In this document: positions 18,501 to 20,000 of the stretch, one piece after another
How the letters are laid out: each line of letters opens with the position of its first letter
Position numbering within the stretch: the first letter of the stretch is position 1
DNA from: an uncultured virus (IMG/VR IMGVR_UViG_3300032268_001179)
Lineage: Duplodnaviria > Heunggongvirae > Uroviricota > Caudoviricetes
Reading direction: 5' to 3' (one strand)
Virus record (IMG/VR): IMGVR_UViG_3300032268_001179
Length of the DNA: 20,000 nt
The notes under the pieces: model-generated
Seen by the model: only the letters and a program-made list of their open reading frames with translations
Databases searched by the model: none
What the model was told of the DNA's origin: nothing
Program-made: the position numbers and the translations under genes

Positions 18501-20000
18501 TACCATATTCAAGTTGCGGTATGGTGGGATGCAGGTTCGGTTACAACGAATCAAACTAATATTCAACTTAGAAAAAATGGAACCACTCAAATTGCAATCC
18601 AACAAACTCAAATTTTAACAGGTGCTGGATACGGTCAAGAAATTGATATTATAGTATATTTTAACGGTTCAACAGATTATGTTGAAGTTACTGCATTTAC
18701 TGGTAATCCAACCTCTCAAAATATAAATGGTGCTAATTCAGGTACTTGGATTACAGGGTCTTTGATCGTTGGTGGTGGAACATCAGGAACTAACGGTTCT
18801 TCGGGAACTAGCGGTGTATCAGGAACAAGTGGCACTTCAGGAACTAGCGGTTCATCAGGAACAAGCGGAACTAACGGTACATCAGGAACTAATGGTACAT
18901 CAGGAACTAGCGGAACTTCAGGAACTAGTGGGACTAATGGTACATCAGGAACAAGTGGTTCTTCAGGTACAAATGGGACCTCAGGAACAAGTGGAACTTC
19001 TGGTACAAATGGGACCTCAGGAACAAGTGGAACTTCTGGTACAGGTGGTTCTTCAGGAACTTCTGGTACTTCAGGAACAAGCGGAACTTCAGGTACAAAT
19101 GGGACCTCAGGAACAAGTGGTTCTTCAGGAACTAGTGGCACATCAGGAACAAGCGGAACTTCTGGAACTAACGGCACATCAGGAACAAGTGGCACTTCAG
19201 GAACTTCAGGTACAGATGGTTCTTCAGGAACTAGCGGAACATCAGGAACTAACGGTACATCAGGAACAAGTGGAACTTCTGGTACAGGTGGTTCTTCAGG
19301 AATTAGTGGCACTTCAGGAACAAGTGGAACTTCTGGTACAGATGGTTCTTCAGGAACTAGTGGAACGTCAGGTACAAGTGGGACTTCTGGTACAGGTGGT
19401 TCTTCAGGAACTAGCGGAACATCAGGAACTAGTGGCACATCAGGGACTAGTGGGACTAACGGTACATCAGGAACAAGTGGAACGTCAGGAACTAGCGGGA
19501 CTTCAGGAACTAGCGGAACGTCAGGTACTAGTGGTACGTCAGGTACTAACGGAACTTCAGGCACATCGGGAACAAGTGGAACATCAGGTGTTTCTCCTTC
19601 AGGTGACCCATTAGTTGAAATTGCCGTTAGCGGTACTCAGAATAATGTTAATAAAACATTTACATTAGCCAATGAACCAACAGGAATAACACAACAGTTT
19701 TTCTTGAATGGACAATTATTAGTTGAAGGCGATGATTATACTATAACAGGTACGACAATACAATTTGTACCTGCTCGACCCGCGCCAAGCCCAACAGATA
19801 AACTTATTTTTTATGGTAGTATAGGATTAACTGTAAGTAGTTCAGGTACATCGGGTACTAGCGGAATTTCAGGTACGTCAGGTTCAAGTGGTAGTAGTGG
19901 AACCTCAGGTACATCAGGTAGTTCGGGAACAAATGGCTCATCAGGAACTAGTGGTTCGTCAGGGACATCTGGAAGTTCGGGAACTAGTGGATCTTCAGGA
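15552..20000 (+). CDS. Giant Gly-X-Y (Gly-Thr-Ser) repeat protein, putative fibre, with C1q-like and small beta domains (3' partial, >1483 aa)
   Basis: ATG at 15552 (MSNLPYKNPISPVQVSGSQTV...ISSGRRRLGMLVYVYETDEVYQY...ARWRVF). I checked the frame at 16071, 17700, 18300, 18720, 19560, 19800 and 19998 and it is open to the window end. Missing from the ORF track because it has no stop in the window. Confidence 0.92.
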   Translation, partial: MSNLPYKNPISPVQVSGSQTVPRRKNFGVTYSVSNTGGYMEVYNLTDLIYQIPNFGQIQFTGNTIPINFFKGSGTTFSQNVLTLNSDNISSGRRRLGMLVYVYETDEVYQYYIPNYNSLWNAATGSTGIGGPTVVQSDFGTTVRGNSPAGNLFISAWTGSTIEGVSGVTKENARWRVFTVSGSSQGSSGSSGTSGTSGSSGINGTSGTSGVNGSSGTSGLNGTNGSSGTSGVSGTGGTSGTSGTSGTSGSSGINGTSGTSGVNGTSGTSGINGTSGTSGISGTGGTSGTSGTSGTSGSSGTNGTSGVNGTSGTSGLNGTNGTSGTSGISGTGGTSGTSGISGSSGSSGTNGTSGVNGTSGTSGVNGTSGTSGLNGTNGTSGTSGSSGTSGVSGSSGTSGTSGVNGTSGTSGVNGTSGTSGVNGTSGTSGVNGTSGSSGSSGTSGTSGINGTSGTNGTSGTSGTSGVNGTSGTSGINGTSGTSGVSGSGGTSGTSGSSGTSGTSGVSGTSGTNGTSGTSGISGSNGTSGTSGLSGTSGTSGTSGLSGTSGTSGINGTSGTSGINGTSGTSGLSGTSGTSGSSGTSGTSGIDGVIGSSGSSGTSGTSGLSGTNGTSGTSGTSGISGTNGTSGTSGTSGVDGVIGSSGSSGTSGTSGTSGISGTSGTSGTSGTSGLDGVIGSSGSSGTSGISGTSGTSGTSGTSGTSGISGTNGTSGTSGTSGTSATSGTSGSSGTSGTSGTGGSSGTSGTSGISGTSGTSGSSGTGGSSGTSGTSGTSGTSGTGGSSGTSGISGTNGTSGTSGTSGTSGTSGSSGTSGTNGTSGTSGISGTNGTSGTSGTSGTNGTSGTSGTSGTSGTSGTSGISGTNGTSGTSGTSGTSGTNGTSGISGTSGTSGTSGTNGTSGTSGTSGTSGTNGSSGTSGTSGSSGISPTGLVASNYVAKGYKGGSSQTVTNGVDAVVTFVDDFDPQGWITSNRFQPTIAGYYHIQVAVWWDAGSVTTNQTNIQLRKNGTTQIAIQQTQILTGAGYGQEIDIIVYFNGSTDYVEVTAFTGNPTSQNINGANSGTWITGSLIVGGGTSGTNGSSGTSGVSGTSGTSGTSGSSGTSGTNGTSGTNGTSGTSGTSGTSGTNGTSGTSGSSGTNGTSGTSGTSGTNGTSGTSGTSGTGGSSGTSGTSGTSGTSGTNGTSGTSGSSGTSGTSGTSGTSGTNGTSGTSGTSGTSGTDGSSGTSGTSGTNGTSGTSGTSGTGGSSGISGTSGTSGTSGTDGSSGTSGTSGTSGTSGTGGSSGTSGTSGTSGTSGTSGTNGTSGTSGTSGTSGTSGTSGTSGTSGTSGTNGTSGTSGTSGTSGVSPSGDPLVEIAVSGTQNNVNKTFTLANEPTGITQQFFLNGQLLVEGDDYTITGTTIQFVPARPAPSPTDKLIFYGSIGLTVSSSGTSGTSGISGTSGSSGSSGTSGTSGSSGTNGSSGTSGSSGTSGSSGTSGSSG
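16107..18332 (+). repeat. Gly-X-Y block 1: about 247 in-register triplets (GTS, GSS, GTN, GVN, GIS...)
   Basis: 9-bp period. Gly codons at 16107 and 18330 are 247x9 nt apart. The only break I found is Gly->Ala (GCA) at 17718. Confidence 0.95.
18333..18770 (+). other. C1q/TNF-like (trimeric jelly-roll) domain within the Gly-X-Y protein
   Basis: Translation includes 'SQTVTNGVDAVVTFVDDFDPQGWITSNRFQPTIAGYYHIQVAVWW...QLRKNG...IVYFNGSTDYVEVTAF...TWITGSLI', matching the C1q pattern F..p..G.Y.f ... l.kNg ... l..gD.v.v ... f.G.li. Confidence 0.75.
18777..19589 (+). repeat. Gly-X-Y block 2: about 90 uninterrupted triplets
   Basis: Gly codons at 18777 and 19587 are 90x9 nt apart. The antisense ORF shows Pro at every third residue throughout. 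Confidence 0.95.
19590..19844 (+). other. Small (~80 aa) beta-rich module of the type repeated in phage tail/baseplate proteins
   Basis: 'SGTQNNVNKTFTLANEP...QFFLNGQLLVEGDDYTITGTTIQF..APSPTDKLIFY' fits the recurrent pattern FTL..P...v.lNG..l..g.DYt.sg.ti.F..aP...D.i. Confidence 0.6.
19845..20000 (+). repeat. Gly-X-Y block 3 (continues beyond the window)
   Basis: GTSGTSGISGTSGSSGSSG... in the same frame up to position 20000. Confidence 0.9.

Noticed and set aside
16155..19560. Many N-G-T/S sequons suggesting N-glycosylation
   Set aside because: They follow automatically from Asn in the Y position of G-T-S triplets. No oligosaccharyltransferase or N-glycosyltransferase is recognisable in the window.
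18716..19564. 282-aa minus-strand PxV-repeat ORF
   Set aside because: Same antisense shadow, over Gly-X-Y block 2.
16996..19614. Plus-strand alternative-frame ORFs (16996-17238, 17806-18210, 18211-18405, 18418-18618, 18769-19614) with 'QELVEHQEQV' repeats
   Set aside because: Off-frame readings inside the long GTS gene. They are fragmented by stops and have no independent domains or starts.
16107..20000. Possible CRISPR array or non-coding satellite
   Set aside because: The period is 9 bp with variation concentrated at synonymous positions and there are no unique spacers. It is a coding repeat.

Overview
AT-rich, gene-dense window that reads as part of a large (jumbo-type) tailed-phage genome. 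This is an inference from gene content, tight start/stop overlaps and the absence of cellular housekeeping context; the host cannot be determined. The left arm (minus strand, 1-9878) has eight translationally coupled genes: GT11 fucosyltransferase-like (partial, absent from the ORF track), GT2, UDP-glucose/GDP-mannose dehydrogenase, NH3-dependent NAD synthetase NadE, a GT-A/GT-B fusion glycosyltransferase, dUTPase, a DEDDy 3'-5' exonuclease and a GT-B glycosyltransferase. Upstream of these lie a stand-alone WYL-like protein and four hypothetical proteins. The right arm (plus strand, 9931-20000) encodes putative virion-surface proteins. First is a 1127-aa LamG-like / Pro-Thr mucin-like / FN3-like / Hint-domain protein, then a HAD (Swiss-army-knife type) protein and two more Pro-Thr-rich proteins. 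Last is a >1483-aa ORF (15552 to beyond the window end, absent from the ORF track) made of proline-free Gly-Thr-Ser triplet blocks, one about 247 triplets long, punctuated by a C1q-like and a small beta domain. The most interesting candidate system is a phage-encoded glycosylation cluster, with embedded NadE, set back-to-back with Ser/Thr-saturated collagen-like and mucin-like structural proteins, one of which carries a Hedgehog/BIL-like autoprocessing Hint domain.
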